From NCBI GenBank assembly GCA_032128415.1, contig JAQBGW010000004.1, positions 27,116-91,115 on the forward strand: a stretch of 64,000 bases of DNA, read 5' to 3'. Source of the stretch: Betaproteobacteria bacterium. Lineage in GTDB: Bacteria > Pseudomonadota > Gammaproteobacteria > Burkholderiales > SG8-41. A model generated the notes under the pieces. It saw only the letters and a program-made list of their open reading frames with translations. It was not told the origin of the DNA and made no database searches. Below, in pieces: positions 55,820-64,000 of the stretch. Position numbers and translations under genes: made by a program. How positions within the stretch are numbered: position 1 is the first letter of the stretch; every line of letters starts with the position of its first letter.

Positions 55820-56593
55820 GTGCAAAGAAGCGATTTTCCGGATGCGCGACTGCTGCGGCTGACAGCCGGCGCTGTGGTTGCGATCATTCTGTGGTTCATC
55901 GTGCGCGGCGCATTGCCGGAGCTGTGGCGCACACCCGGCAGTCCGGCGCTGTATCTGACCGGCGTGGTGGGCGTACTGTTGCTGCTGGTGCCGGTCGCCT
56001 TCGTGCTGGCCAAGCGCGGCGGCCACAGCACCAATCCCGTCGGTTGGTTTAATGCGCATATTGTGTGTTCGTTGCTCGGCATGGTGTTGATTTCGATTCA
56101 TTCTGGCGGGTTTCTGCGCCGCCCCCCTGCATTGTTGCTGTTGGTATTGCTCGCGCTGGCCGTGCTGGGGGTGTGGGCGCGGGTTCGCGGATCGCGGCTA
56201 ATGGCCGCTACGTTTGCATCGAAGGCGCCGGCGTTTCAAGTGCCTGATGCGGCGACCCGTGAGCGACTGCGCGTGCTGATCAGCGAAAAACGCCGCTTGC
56301 TTACCGAACTTGATCCGCAGGCTATCGAAGGCACGTTCTCGGTCAACCTGCCGCACTTCATGTGCAGTCCCCGCCTGGCGTTTGCCTATCGTCGGCTTGC
56401 CCGCGAAGAAACGCAGCTGCTGGGTTCGCGGCTCGCGGTATCGGCGGAGCAGGCGTGGTGGCGGCCATTACACATGGCGCTGGCCTGGTTGTTTGTGCTG
56501 GGTGTGGTGATACATGTGTGCACTGTGACTTTTTTCGCTGGCTATGTCGCCGATGACGGGCCGATCACCTGGTGGCATTTGACCGCGTGGTAA
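55820..56593 (+). CDS. 5-TM membrane protein, candidate di-heme cytochrome b subunit
   Basis: GTG start. Five predicted TM helices. Two helices each carry H-x13-H (HIVCSLLGMVLISIH and HMALAWLFVLGVVIH). Ends 10 nt before the oxidoreductase gene. Confidence 0.65.
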   Translation: MQRSDFPDARLLRLTAGAVVAIILWFIVRGALPELWRTPGSPALYLTGVVGVLLLLVPVAFVLAKRGGHSTNPVGWFNAHIVCSLLGMVLISIHSGGFLRRPPALLLLVLLALAVLGVWARVRGSRLMAATFASKAPAFQVPDAATRERLRVLISEKRRLLTELDPQAIEGTFSVNLPHFMCSPRLAFAYRRLAREETQLLGSRLAVSAEQAWWRPLHMALAWLFVLGVVIHVCTVTFFAGYVADDGPITWWHLTAW

Positions 56594-56603
56594 AAGAATA
56601 TCC

Positions 56604-59588
56604 ATGGAACAACTGAACGAAACCACGCGCGTTGCTTTATTGATTGATCTCGAGCGTTGCACCGGTTGCAAAAGCTGTGAAGCCGCGTGCAAAACCGAAC
56701 ATCGCCTCGGTCCCGGCGAATATCGCAACAAGGTGGTGTGGGCCAGCGCGCTGGAAGAGGCGGGACTGGCTTTCCTGACGCTGACCTGCCAGCACTGTGA
56801 GCGGCCGGCGTGCCTGCGCGCGTGCCCGGTGAATCCCAAAGCCATCCAGAAGGATGCAGTCACCGGCATCGTGCGCGTCGACGAATCGCGCTGCACCGGT
56901 TGCGGTGAATGCGTGATCGCCTGTCCGTACAGCGCGATGGGCTTCGATGCCCAGGGGCACCATGCGGTGAAATGCGACCTGTGCGTGGATCGCCGCGCCG
57001 AGGGTGAGGCAACCACGGCCTGTGCCAGCGTCTGCCCGACGCAGGCCATCCGTTTTGGCAATCGCGCCGAATTGCTGGCCGATGCCGAACAATCCGGCCG
57101 CCTGCCTCGCGACCAGGATCATTTCCTGCTCGGACCGGCGACGATTTATCTGGAACGCACGAACCCCGAAAACAAAAGCACTGCGACCGCGGTGACACCG
57201 GCGCGTGCGCATCCCGGTGAATCGCGGCGCCCGTCATTCATGGATGCGTTGTCCGCGCAAAGTGCGGTGCAAGCGGTACCGACGGCGTATCCCTATGGTG
57301 AATCGCGCGAAGACACGACGCCGGATCGTGTAGTGCCCGGCGGCTGTAATATCTGCTTCAATTGCTGCAGCACAAAATTTCACTTTAAAAACAATAAGTT
57401 AGTAAAAATCACCGGGAATGATGACGATCCGCTGCTTAAAGGCCGTGTTTGTCCCAAGTCGCAACTGACGCTGCAGATGTACCACAGCGAACACCGGCTG
57501 CTGTACCCGCAAAAACGCGTCGGTGCGCGCGGCGAAGGCCGCTTTGAACGCATTTCGTGGGATCAGGCGCTGGATGAGATTGCCGAGAAGCTGAAGGCTG
57601 TCCGTGACCAGAATGGCGCGGAAGCGCTGGCCATGTTCATCGGCACGCGCACCGGCACGCTCGACAACCTGGGTTATACGCGCCTCTTTGCGCAAATGTG
57701 GGGCACTCCAAACAAGGGCGGCACGGATCCTTTTTGCGCAACCTCGAAGAGCGTCGCCTACGAATTGACGCAGGGCCGCGTCGGCAGCGGCAACAGCTAC
57801 ACGCAAGACGATATGGGATCTGCCGCGCTCTACGTCTATTTCGGCGACAACCAGGCTGAAACGCGGCCGGTGTATTTCGGCATGATCAACGACTGGCGCA
57901 TCAGGAACGGCGCGAAAATGATTGTGGTTGATCCGCGGCTGACGGCGACAGCGTCGAAAGCCGACCGCTGGCTGCCGATCCGCCCCGGTACCGACATGGC
58001 ATTGGGCCTCGCGCTGGCGCAGCACATCCTCGCCAACAACCTGCATGACGCGGCCTATTGCGCGGCATGGGTGCTGGGATTTGAGCGGTGGCGCGATTTC
58101 ATTGTGCAGAAGGGCTATACGCCGGAATGGGCGGCGCCGGTCACCGGTATTGCGGCGGAAGACATTAGACGGCTCGCTGAAGACATCGCCGCCGCTGATG
58201 GCTGCGTGATGTTCGGCAGCCGCGGCGTCAACCAGCATACCAACGGTACGCAGACCAACCGGGTGTTGATGTATCTCGCGGCGATCACCGGCAACTGGGG
58301 ACGGCGTGGTGGCGCCTACTTCAACATGACCGCAGCTACGCCGATTGCGCCGAATGCACCCGAGGACCGGCGCCCGAAAATCAAACGCCCGAAAGTGCGC
58401 CTCAGTCCCGCCGGCTGGACTGACGCGATGCTCCACGGCAAGCCGTACCCGATCCGCGCGCTGATCACCTGCAACAATCCGCTGGCGCAATGGCCGGGGC
58501 AGGACAAGGCGCGCGCGGCATTTTCCGCGCTGGACCTGATGGTGCACATCGAACTGTTCGCCAACGAGACCTCGGCTTATGCTGATTATCTGCTGCCGGC
58601 TGCGAGCGGTATCGAAAAAGGCGAGATCGGACGATCCAACGACGATCGCCGTGTGGTGTGGATCGACAAGATGATCGACCCGCCGGGCGAGGCGAAGGCC
58701 GACGGCTGGATCTGGATCGAACTCGGCAAGCGCCTCGGTTTTGAAGACGTGCTGCAGGAGCGCTACAAGGACACCAGCGTGTTCTGGGACGAAGTCTGTA
58801 TCGGGAACAAGTTGATGAGCGGCTGCACCCAGAAGCGCCTGCATTCCACGCCCTATCGCTGGGTGCGGCAACCCGTAATCAGCGAGGATGCACCGGAAAT
58901 CGAGACCTTGTATCTGGAGGGCACGACTGCGCCGGGCGCGCCGGCCGGGCACCGCTTTCCCACCGCGAGCGGCAAGCTGGAATTCTGGACTGAAAATATC
59001 GAAGCTAAATTCAATACGCTGGGATTGTCGGCGCTGCCGGAGTTTTATTCCGAACGCGAACAACTGGTCGATTTGCCGTACATGGAATTGCAGGACAGCG
59101 ATGCGGAGGAGGGCGTGATTTCGCCGTTCTGTTCACCGGCAACCGGCACCTCGCGCGGGCGCATCGTGGCGCCCGATGCCAATCATCCCGGTGCGCAACT
59201 GCGTGCGCGGGGTTTCGACACCGAACTTGTCACCGGCCGCCCGTCGGCAGCGCATTTCCATAGCTGGACGCATTATTTCTGGCAGGCGCAGGAAATGTGG
59301 CCCGATCTCTTTTGCCAGATTCATCCCGACAAGGCGGCAGCGCTGGGCATTGCCGACGGCGAACGCGTGAAAGTGGAATCTGCGCACGGCGCCATTGAAG
59401 CGATGGCCTGGGTGCACACCGGCATCCGCCCGACGGCGGTGTTCATACCCATCGGCTGGGGCGAGCGCCAGCCCTACAATCCGTGGCGCTCGGTGAATTT
59501 TCTGACTGATGCCACACAGCGTGACCCGATCTCGGACCAGACCAATCTCAAAGTGCTGCTGTGCCGGGTGTCGCGCATTGTGGCCTAG
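56604..59588 (+). CDS. fused 4x[4Fe-4S] ferredoxin (DmsB/NrfC-type) / molybdopterin (Mo-bisPGD) oxidoreductase catalytic subunit
   Basis: 994 aa. The N-terminal about 190 aa carry four Cys clusters (CTGCKSCEAAC, CQHCERPACLRACP, CTGCGECVIACP, CDLC...CASVCP). After a linker comes a MopB domain with FS0 motif C-x2-C-x3-C-x27-C (CNICFNCC...RVCPK) and a C-terminal molybdopterin dinucleotide-binding domain. No twin-arginine signal. Confidence 0.9.
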   Translation: MEQLNETTRVALLIDLERCTGCKSCEAACKTEHRLGPGEYRNKVVWASALEEAGLAFLTLTCQHCERPACLRACPVNPKAIQKDAVTGIVRVDESRCTGCGECVIACPYSAMGFDAQGHHAVKCDLCVDRRAEGEATTACASVCPTQAIRFGNRAELLADAEQSGRLPRDQDHFLLGPATIYLERTNPENKSTATAVTPARAHPGESRRPSFMDALSAQSAVQAVPTAYPYGESREDTTPDRVVPGGCNICFNCCSTKFHFKNNKLVKITGNDDDPLLKGRVCPKSQLTLQMYHSEHRLLYPQKRVGARGEGRFERISWDQALDEIAEKLKAVRDQNGAEALAMFIGTRTGTLDNLGYTRLFAQMWGTPNKGGTDPFCATSKSVAYELTQGRVGSGNSYTQDDMGSAALYVYFGDNQAETRPVYFGMINDWRIRNGAKMIVVDPRLTATASKADRWLPIRPGTDMALGLALAQHILANNLHDAAYCAAWVLGFERWRDFIVQKGYTPEWAAPVTGIAAEDIRRLAEDIAAADGCVMFGSRGVNQHTNGTQTNRVLMYLAAITGNWGRRGGAYFNMTAATPIAPNAPEDRRPKIKRPKVRLSPAGWTDAMLHGKPYPIRALITCNNPLAQWPGQDKARAAFSALDLMVHIELFANETSAYADYLLPAASGIEKGEIGRSNDDRRVVWIDKMIDPPGEAKADGWIWIELGKRLGFEDVLQERYKDTSVFWDEVCIGNKLMSGCTQKRLHSTPYRWVRQPVISEDAPEIETLYLEGTTAPGAPAGHRFPTASGKLEFWTENIEAKFNTLGLSALPEFYSEREQLVDLPYMELQDSDAEEGVISPFCSPATGTSRGRIVAPDANHPGAQLRARGFDTELVTGRPSAAHFHSWTHYFWQAQEMWPDLFCQIHPDKAAALGIADGERVKVESAHGAIEAMAWVHTGIRPTAVFIPIGWGERQPYNPWRSVNFLTDATQRDPISDQTNLKVLLCRVSRIVA

Positions 59589-59646
59589 CGACGCCAGAAG
59601 GATGGCCTGCATAGTGTCATGAGTGCGGGCCGGACCCGCGCTGCGG

Positions 59647-60024
59647 TCAACCTCCGGATCCGGGAATAACCGCCGCAGCGCTGTCCTTCTCTATCACCTG
59701 GACACGTTCGACGCTGAAGTAGATCTTGTCGCTGAACCAGCCCTCATCCATCTCGCCTTCGATTTCGATCTTGGTGCCTTTGTCGAGCTTCTGGCCCCAC
59801 AACAGACGGTCTTCAATCGCGAGGTTGACCTGGCCCGTGCCGTCAGTGAACAGGTATGACTCATCGCCGTTATTGCGGACGATGGTTCCCTGCAATATGA
59901 CCCGGCGAGCGTCATCAGGTGCAGAGAGTATGGACTGTACATCGGTCTTGCCAACCGGGGAGCCATATTGGGCGAAAGCGGGGAAGGCGGCGAAAAGCAG
60001 CATTGCGACAAGAATTTTTTTCAC
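59647..60024 (-). CDS. YgiW/YdeI-family bacterial OB-fold (BOF) stress protein
   Basis: 125 aa. Signal peptide MKKILVAMLLFAAFPAFA. VILQGTIVRNNGDESYLFTDGTGQVNLAIED pattern of YgiW. Confidence 0.8.
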   Translation of the reverse strand: MKKILVAMLLFAAFPAFAQYGSPVGKTDVQSILSAPDDARRVILQGTIVRNNGDESYLFTDGTGQVNLAIEDRLLWGQKLDKGTKIEIEGEMDEGWFSDKIYFSVERVQVIEKDSAAAVIPGSGG

Positions 60025-60148
60025 AGGTTTTCCTTAGATTGCGATAGTCAACGTCAAGTTAGATTGCAACATGGCGCCAGAGTTCCCTCTGCACACATGG
60101 CCCCGGAGCATCCGCTATTGCAGCACACTGCTTATGTCGCCAAATTAT

Positions 60149-60403
60149 TTGGGAATCGACGATGGCGAACGCATAAAACAGGAATCCACCATCGGCGCCA
60201 TTGATGCGATGGCCTGGGTGCACGCCGGCATACGCCCGACGGCGGTGTTCATTTCCATCGGCTGGGGCGAGCGCCAGCCCTGCAATCCGTGGCGCCCGGT
60301 GAATTTCCTGACCGACAAGACGCAGCGCGACCCGATCTCGGACCAGACCATTTTCAAAGTGCTGCTGTGCCGGGTGTCGCATGCTGCGGACCGAGTGGCG
60401 TAA
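60149..60403 (+). pseudogene. duplicated 3'-terminal fragment of the molybdopterin oxidoreductase gene
   Basis: LGIDDGERIKQESTIGAIDAMAWVHAGIRPTAVFISIGWGERQPCNPWRPVNFLTDKTQRDPISDQTIFKVLLCRVS parallels the last about 85 aa of 56604..59588. Nucleotides 60194-60380 align without gaps to 59388-59574 at roughly 90% identity (hand count). Confidence 0.8.
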
Positions 60404-60415
60404 AATCCGGCCTGC

Positions 60416-60489
60416 GCGGGTGTAGTTCAATGGCAGAACGGCAGCTTCCCAAGCTGCATACGAGGGTTCGATTCCCTTCACCCGCTCCA
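60416..60489 (+). tRNA. tRNA-Gly (anticodon CCC)
   Basis: Hand-folded cloverleaf: acceptor GCGGGTG/CACCCGC, D arm GTTC-AATGGCA-GAAC, anticodon arm GCAGC-TTCCCAA-GCTGC, T arm GAGGG-TTCGATT-CCCTT, discriminator T and encoded CCA. Near-identical to E. coli glyU as I recall it. Confidence 0.9.
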
Positions 60490-60502
60490 CCACCTTGAGT
60501 GA

Positions 60503-61564
60503 TTGCCGGCCGACGTGACTGATGATTTCGCCGCTGCACTAACTGCCTGGCAGAAACGCCATGGCCGGCATGATCTGCCGTGGCAGCAATCGCGTGATCC
60601 CTATGCCGTGTGGCTGTCGGAGATCATGCTGCAGCAGACGCAGGTCACCGCGGTCATTCCCTACTATCAGCGGTTCCTCAAACGGTTTCCGACGTTAGAG
60701 GCGCTGGCGGCGGCACCGCTGGATGATGTGCTCGCATCGTGGAGCGGCCTCGGTTATTACTCGCGCGCGCGCAACCTGCACCGCGCAGCGCAGTTGATTA
60801 TGCAGCAGCACGCCGGAAAATTTCCGACGACGCTGGAATCGATCATGGGGCTGCCGGGCATCGGCCGCTCAACGGCTGCGGCCATACTGGTGTTTGCTTT
60901 CGGTAAACGCAGCGCCATCCTCGACGGTAATGTCAAACGCGTGCTGGCGCGTGCACGCGGCGTTTCCGGTTATCCGGGCGAAACCGCAGTGGCTGCGCAA
61001 TTATGGCGCGTAGCGGAAGCGTTGCTGCCTAGAACGGGGTTGCGTTCCTATACCCAGGGACTGATGGATCTGGGCGCCACGGTATGCGTGCGCCGCAATC
61101 CGCACTGCACAGAATGTCCAGTGCAGAGTCGGTGTGTCGCACGCAAGACCAATCGTATCGATGTATTGCCGACCCCCAAACCGCGAAAAAAATTACCCCG
61201 GCGGCGCACCATGATGCTGGTGCTGCAGCACGCGGGTGAAATATTACTGGAGAAGCGGCCGGCGAGCGGCATCTGGGGCGGGATGTGGTGCTTCCCGGAG
61301 GCGGAGTTCGATGCCAACGTGGTTGAAGCCTGTGTGCGGCGTTATGGTGCGACAGTGACTTTAAGCGCACCGCTGCCGCTGATCGCGCACGGTTTTACAC
61401 ACTTCAAGCTCGACATACTGGCGCAGCTGGTGGTGGTCACAGCGTGGCCGCACCGCACGGCGGAGCCCGGCTATCTGTGGATATCACCGGACGATGCATT
61501 GCACGCTGCAGTGCCGACGCCGGTGCGCGGCATCATCGAACAATTGATCAGCCAGCGCCGGTAA
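60503..61564 (+). CDS. mutY: A/G-specific adenine DNA glycosylase
   Basis: HhH-GPD motif (LPGIGRSTAAAIL), Fe-S loop CVRRNPHCTECPVQSRC and a NUDIX-like C-terminal domain. Start is TTG 60503 or GTG 60515. Confidence 0.9.
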   Translation: MPADVTDDFAAALTAWQKRHGRHDLPWQQSRDPYAVWLSEIMLQQTQVTAVIPYYQRFLKRFPTLEALAAAPLDDVLASWSGLGYYSRARNLHRAAQLIMQQHAGKFPTTLESIMGLPGIGRSTAAAILVFAFGKRSAILDGNVKRVLARARGVSGYPGETAVAAQLWRVAEALLPRTGLRSYTQGLMDLGATVCVRRNPHCTECPVQSRCVARKTNRIDVLPTPKPRKKLPRRRTMMLVLQHAGEILLEKRPASGIWGGMWCFPEAEFDANVVEACVRRYGATVTLSAPLPLIAHGFTHFKLDILAQLVVVTAWPHRTAEPGYLWISPDDALHAAVPTPVRGIIEQLISQRR

Positions 61565-61611
61565 TCGCTGCGCTCAGCAACGGTGTTGTATTGCCCAAAA
61601 AAATAACATAA

Positions 61612-62220
61612 CTAATTGTTTTTATTAATATTTTCTACGATTCCGTGAGCCAGCAGCAAGTCGTGCAACTGCGCCAGCCGCTCCGCGGTATCCGTTAATT
61701 CCAGCAATGCCTGTTTTTGCTGAGGCGATATCGGCAGGATTTCCGCGAGACGGTAGCTGACCCATACCGGATCATCGAATTGCAAAGGGCCGGGCACGCT
61801 GTCCGCGCCGGCGCGCTCAACCGCCAGGCGCAGCACTTCCTGACAGGCGCGATCAATGACGGCGGGACGCGTCGGTTCAGGCAGCGACTCGACGCGACCG
61901 CTGATGAGGCCGTTGGCGGCAACCTGTGTGTCCAGCACGCGAAAACGTGCGCCGCCGCGCGCCAGCAGCGCAAACAGATTCGGATGCGGCACATCCCATT
62001 GCTCAATATGCGCCAGGCAGCCGACGGCGTGCGATATTGCCGGATCGCCCACCTCATGTCCTTCCCGAATCAGGCAGACGCCGAATGGCGTCTCGTCGCG
62101 TAAACACGCCTTGGTCATGTCCACGTAACGTTGTTCGAATATTTTCAGGGGCAGCCAGCCGCCGGGAAACAGCACCGTGGCGAGCGGGAACAGCGGTATT
62201 TCGGCGGGTGCCGCCGTCAT
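61612..62220 (-). CDS. LON-N (substrate-binding) domain protein
   Basis: 202 aa. [28 protein letters not shown] signature. Overlaps the rapZ stop by 4 nt. Confidence 0.85.
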   Translation of the reverse strand: MTAAPAEIPLFPLATVLFPGGWLPLKIFEQRYVDMTKACLRDETPFGVCLIREGHEVGDPAISHAVGCLAHIEQWDVPHPNLFALLARGGARFRVLDTQVAANGLISGRVESLPEPTRPAVIDRACQEVLRLAVERAGADSVPGPLQFDDPVWVSYRLAEILPISPQQKQALLELTDTAERLAQLHDLLLAHGIVENINKNN

Positions 62221-63074
62221 GCGCCCAATTCACGATGGCGCGCCAGCGTGTGCACACGGTCGCTGAATTTTTCGGCAAGGGTCTCGGTGAAAAATACTGA
62301 ACGGTGGCGTCCGCCGGTGCAACCGATGGCGACGGTCAGATAGCTGCGGTTGTCGCGCTCGAATGCGGGTAACCAGTCTCTGACGAATCGTTCGATGTCG
62401 CCGAGCATGCGCATGACGTCCGGGGTACCGCGCAGGAATTCAGCGACGGGCGCATCACATCCGGTCAGCGGACGCAGCACAGGATCGTAATGGGGGTTGG
62501 GCAGGCAGCGCACATCAAACACAAAATCAGCATCAAGCGGAATGCCGTGCTTGAAACCGAATGATTCGAACAGCAGCGTCAAGCCGGCGTGGGGCAGCGC
62601 AGCGAAATCCTTGATCCAGTTGCGCAGTGTATTCGGCGCCAGGTCGCTGGTGTCGATGTGATGCGCCATACCGGCGATGCCGGCTACGAGTTCACGCTCA
62701 AGTGCGATGCATTCAGGCAGCGTCAGTGTGCCCTGCGATAGTGGATGCCGGCGGCGGGTTTCAGAATAACGCTTGATCAATGCGTCGGCTTTGGCCTCAA
62801 GAAAAATGACCCGCGCATCAACACTCTCCGCGCGCAGTTGGCGAATGTGATCGGGCAGTCTGGCAATGTCCTCGCCGCTGCGTGCATCCATGGTCAGCGC
62901 GACGCGATTATGGCCATCGGCGCGCAGCGTATTGACGAGTTCGCCGACCAGTGCGACCGGCAAATTATCGACGCAGTAAAAACCCGCGTCCTCCAGCACC
63001 GCCAGCGCCACGCTCTTGCCGGAACCGGATAGCCCGGTGATCAGGATCAGCTGCATGTGGGCGGGCGAGGTCAT
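62217..63074 (-). CDS. rapZ: RNase adapter protein RapZ
   Basis: Walker [10 protein letters not shown]-terminal [10 protein letters not shown]. The alternative ATG at 63056 gives MQLILITG. Confidence 0.9.
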   Translation of the reverse strand: MTSPAHMQLILITGLSGSGKSVALAVLEDAGFYCVDNLPVALVGELVNTLRADGHNRVALTMDARSGEDIARLPDHIRQLRAESVDARVIFLEAKADALIKRYSETRRRHPLSQGTLTLPECIALERELVAGIAGMAHHIDTSDLAPNTLRNWIKDFAALPHAGLTLLFESFGFKHGIPLDADFVFDVRCLPNPHYDPVLRPLTGCDAPVAEFLRGTPDVMRMLGDIERFVRDWLPAFERDNRSYLTVAIGCTGGRHRSVFFTETLAEKFSDRVHTLARHRELGA

Positions 63075-63079
63075 GCCAT

Positions 63080-64000
63080 TTACTCGTCGGGGGAATTTAT
63101 CGAGCGAGACTGCCGTTCGATGAATTCACGCGTACTGTCGATGCCGCGCATCTGCAGCACGTAACTGCGGACAGCAGCCTCGGTCAACACTGCAAGGTTA
63201 CGGCCGGCAGCGACCGGGATGATGACTTTGCGGATTTCGACACCCATCAGCTTCTCCGCTCCCGGCTTCAGCGGCAGGCGTTCGAGATGGGTAAGATCAG
63301 AACCCGACGGTCTCTCCAGGCGTACGATCAGCTTGACGTTCTTGCGCGGGCGCAGGGCGGCTTCACCGAAGATGGAGCGGATGTTGAGTACGCCCAGACC
63401 CCGCACTTCAAGAAAGTCACGCAACAGCGGCGGGCAACGCCCCTCGATGCTCTCGGGACCCATTTGGTAGAGTTCCACCACGTCATCCGCGATCAGGCCG
63501 CTGCCGCGACTGATCAGTTCCAGCGCGAGTTCGCTTTTGCCGACCCCTGAATCTCCGGTAATGAGCACGCCGACGCCGAGCACATCGAGAAATACGCCAT
63601 GTATGGTTGTCGAATCTGCAAGTGCGCGTGCCAGATGCGGGCGCAGTATCCACATCAGTTCCACGCTGGGAATCGGCGAGGAGAATAGCGGAGTATGCGT
63701 GGCAGCCGATACGTCGGCGAGCACGGGCGGAACCGTTTGGGCGCCCGCTACAATGAAGCAGGCGAGGTCACGCGTCGCTACTTTTTGCAGCATGCTGCGG
63801 CATTCCGCGACATCGAGGGTTTCCAGGTAGCTGACCTCTGATTGGCCGAGCACCTGAATCAGATTGGGGTGTATGAAATTGAGATGACCGACAAGCCCCT
63901 TTGATGAATCCTTGGTGAGTTCGCTGTCGATACCCTTGTCAGCGCCGTCGAGACCACCGACCCAGGTCAGTTGCAGCTTGTCCTTGGTGTCTTCAAACAG
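63080..64000 (-). CDS. hprK: HPr kinase/phosphorylase (5' end beyond window)
   Basis: P-loop GDSGVGKSE. The frame stays open upstream of the tracked start to the window edge ([19 protein letters not shown]... is the typical HprK N-terminal region), so the gene is partial here. Confidence 0.9.
   Translation of the reverse strand: MFEDTKDKLQLTWVGGLDGADKGIDSELTKDSSKGLVGHLNFIHPNLIQVLGQSEVSYLETLDVAECRSMLQKVATRDLACFIVAGAQTVPPVLADVSAATHTPLFSSPIPSVELMWILRPHLARALADSTTIHGVFLDVLGVGVLITGDSGVGKSELALELISRGSGLIADDVVELYQMGPESIEGRCPPLLRDFLEVRGLGVLNIRSIFGEAALRPRKNVKLIVRLERPSGSDLTHLERLPLKPGAEKLMGVEIRKVIIPVAAGRNLAVLTEAAVRSYVLQMRGIDSTREFIERQSRSINSPDE

Noticed and set aside
57399-59063. A 554-aa minus-strand ORF, and similar long antisense ORFs such as 30213..31346, 39442..40641, 22058..23167, 15130..16236, 15783..16760, 19701..20762, 3963..4871 and 6622..7557.
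   Set aside because: All lie antisense to, or out of frame within, genes with clear family signatures. Their translations are Arg/Ala/Gly/Pro-rich low-complexity sequence typical of GC-rich shadow ORFs, and none shows a recognisable motif.
1-64000. A search by eye for CRISPR arrays, rRNA, transposase/integrase/recombinase genes, reverse transcriptases, and large ATPase/nuclease defence genes.
   Set aside because: I saw no regularly spaced direct repeats, no DDE/tyrosine/serine recombinase motifs, and no unassigned large ORFs. The only repeats are the three REP-like palindromes, short SSRs and the 187-nt gene-end duplication reported above.

Overview
High-GC (about 60-65% by eye) proteobacterial chromosome segment. 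Gene content and synteny look betaproteobacterial: Bug/TctC solute-binding proteins, hprK-rapZ, gmk-rpoZ-spoT, rph-rdgB-hemW and thiS-thiG-trmB. I support about 70 CDS, one tRNA-Gly(CCC), several gene remnants, three REP-like palindromic elements, two bidirectional terminators and one strong sigma54 promoter. I recognised no rRNA, CRISPR array, transposase, integrase, phage gene or classical defence system other than a ParDE-type toxin-antitoxin pair. Layout: 0-11 kb holds glmU plus envelope and secreted proteins. 11-18 kb holds a rearrangement scar and a partner-switching signalling locus with no sigma factor. 18-32 kb holds metC and a LysR-linked catabolic cluster (Mo-hydroxylase with L-M-S gene order, two family III CoA-transferases, a crotonase, an epimerase, Ldh2, two alpha/beta hydrolases, a Bug binding protein), interrupted by a small VOC + ParDE insertion. 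33-36 kb holds a redox/detox module. 36.5-41.5 kb holds a GlrK-QseG-GlrR-like sigma54 two-component system next to its probable target. 41.8-45.4 kb holds decayed c-di-GMP and chemotaxis signalling genes. 45.6-55.7 kb is ordinary housekeeping. 55.8-60.4 kb holds an unusual fused FeS/molybdopterin oxidoreductase with a putative di-heme membrane partner, plus a duplicated 3' gene end next to the tRNA. 60.5-64 kb holds mutY, a LON-domain protein, rapZ and partial hprK. The candidates most worth follow-up are the oxidoreductase/di-heme pair, the partner-switching locus with an embedded MBL-fold gene, and the CoA-dependent Mo-hydroxylase cluster. All family calls come from motif and sequence recognition by eye. 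No searches or computations were run, and many long antisense ORFs in the track are treated as GC-driven shadows.
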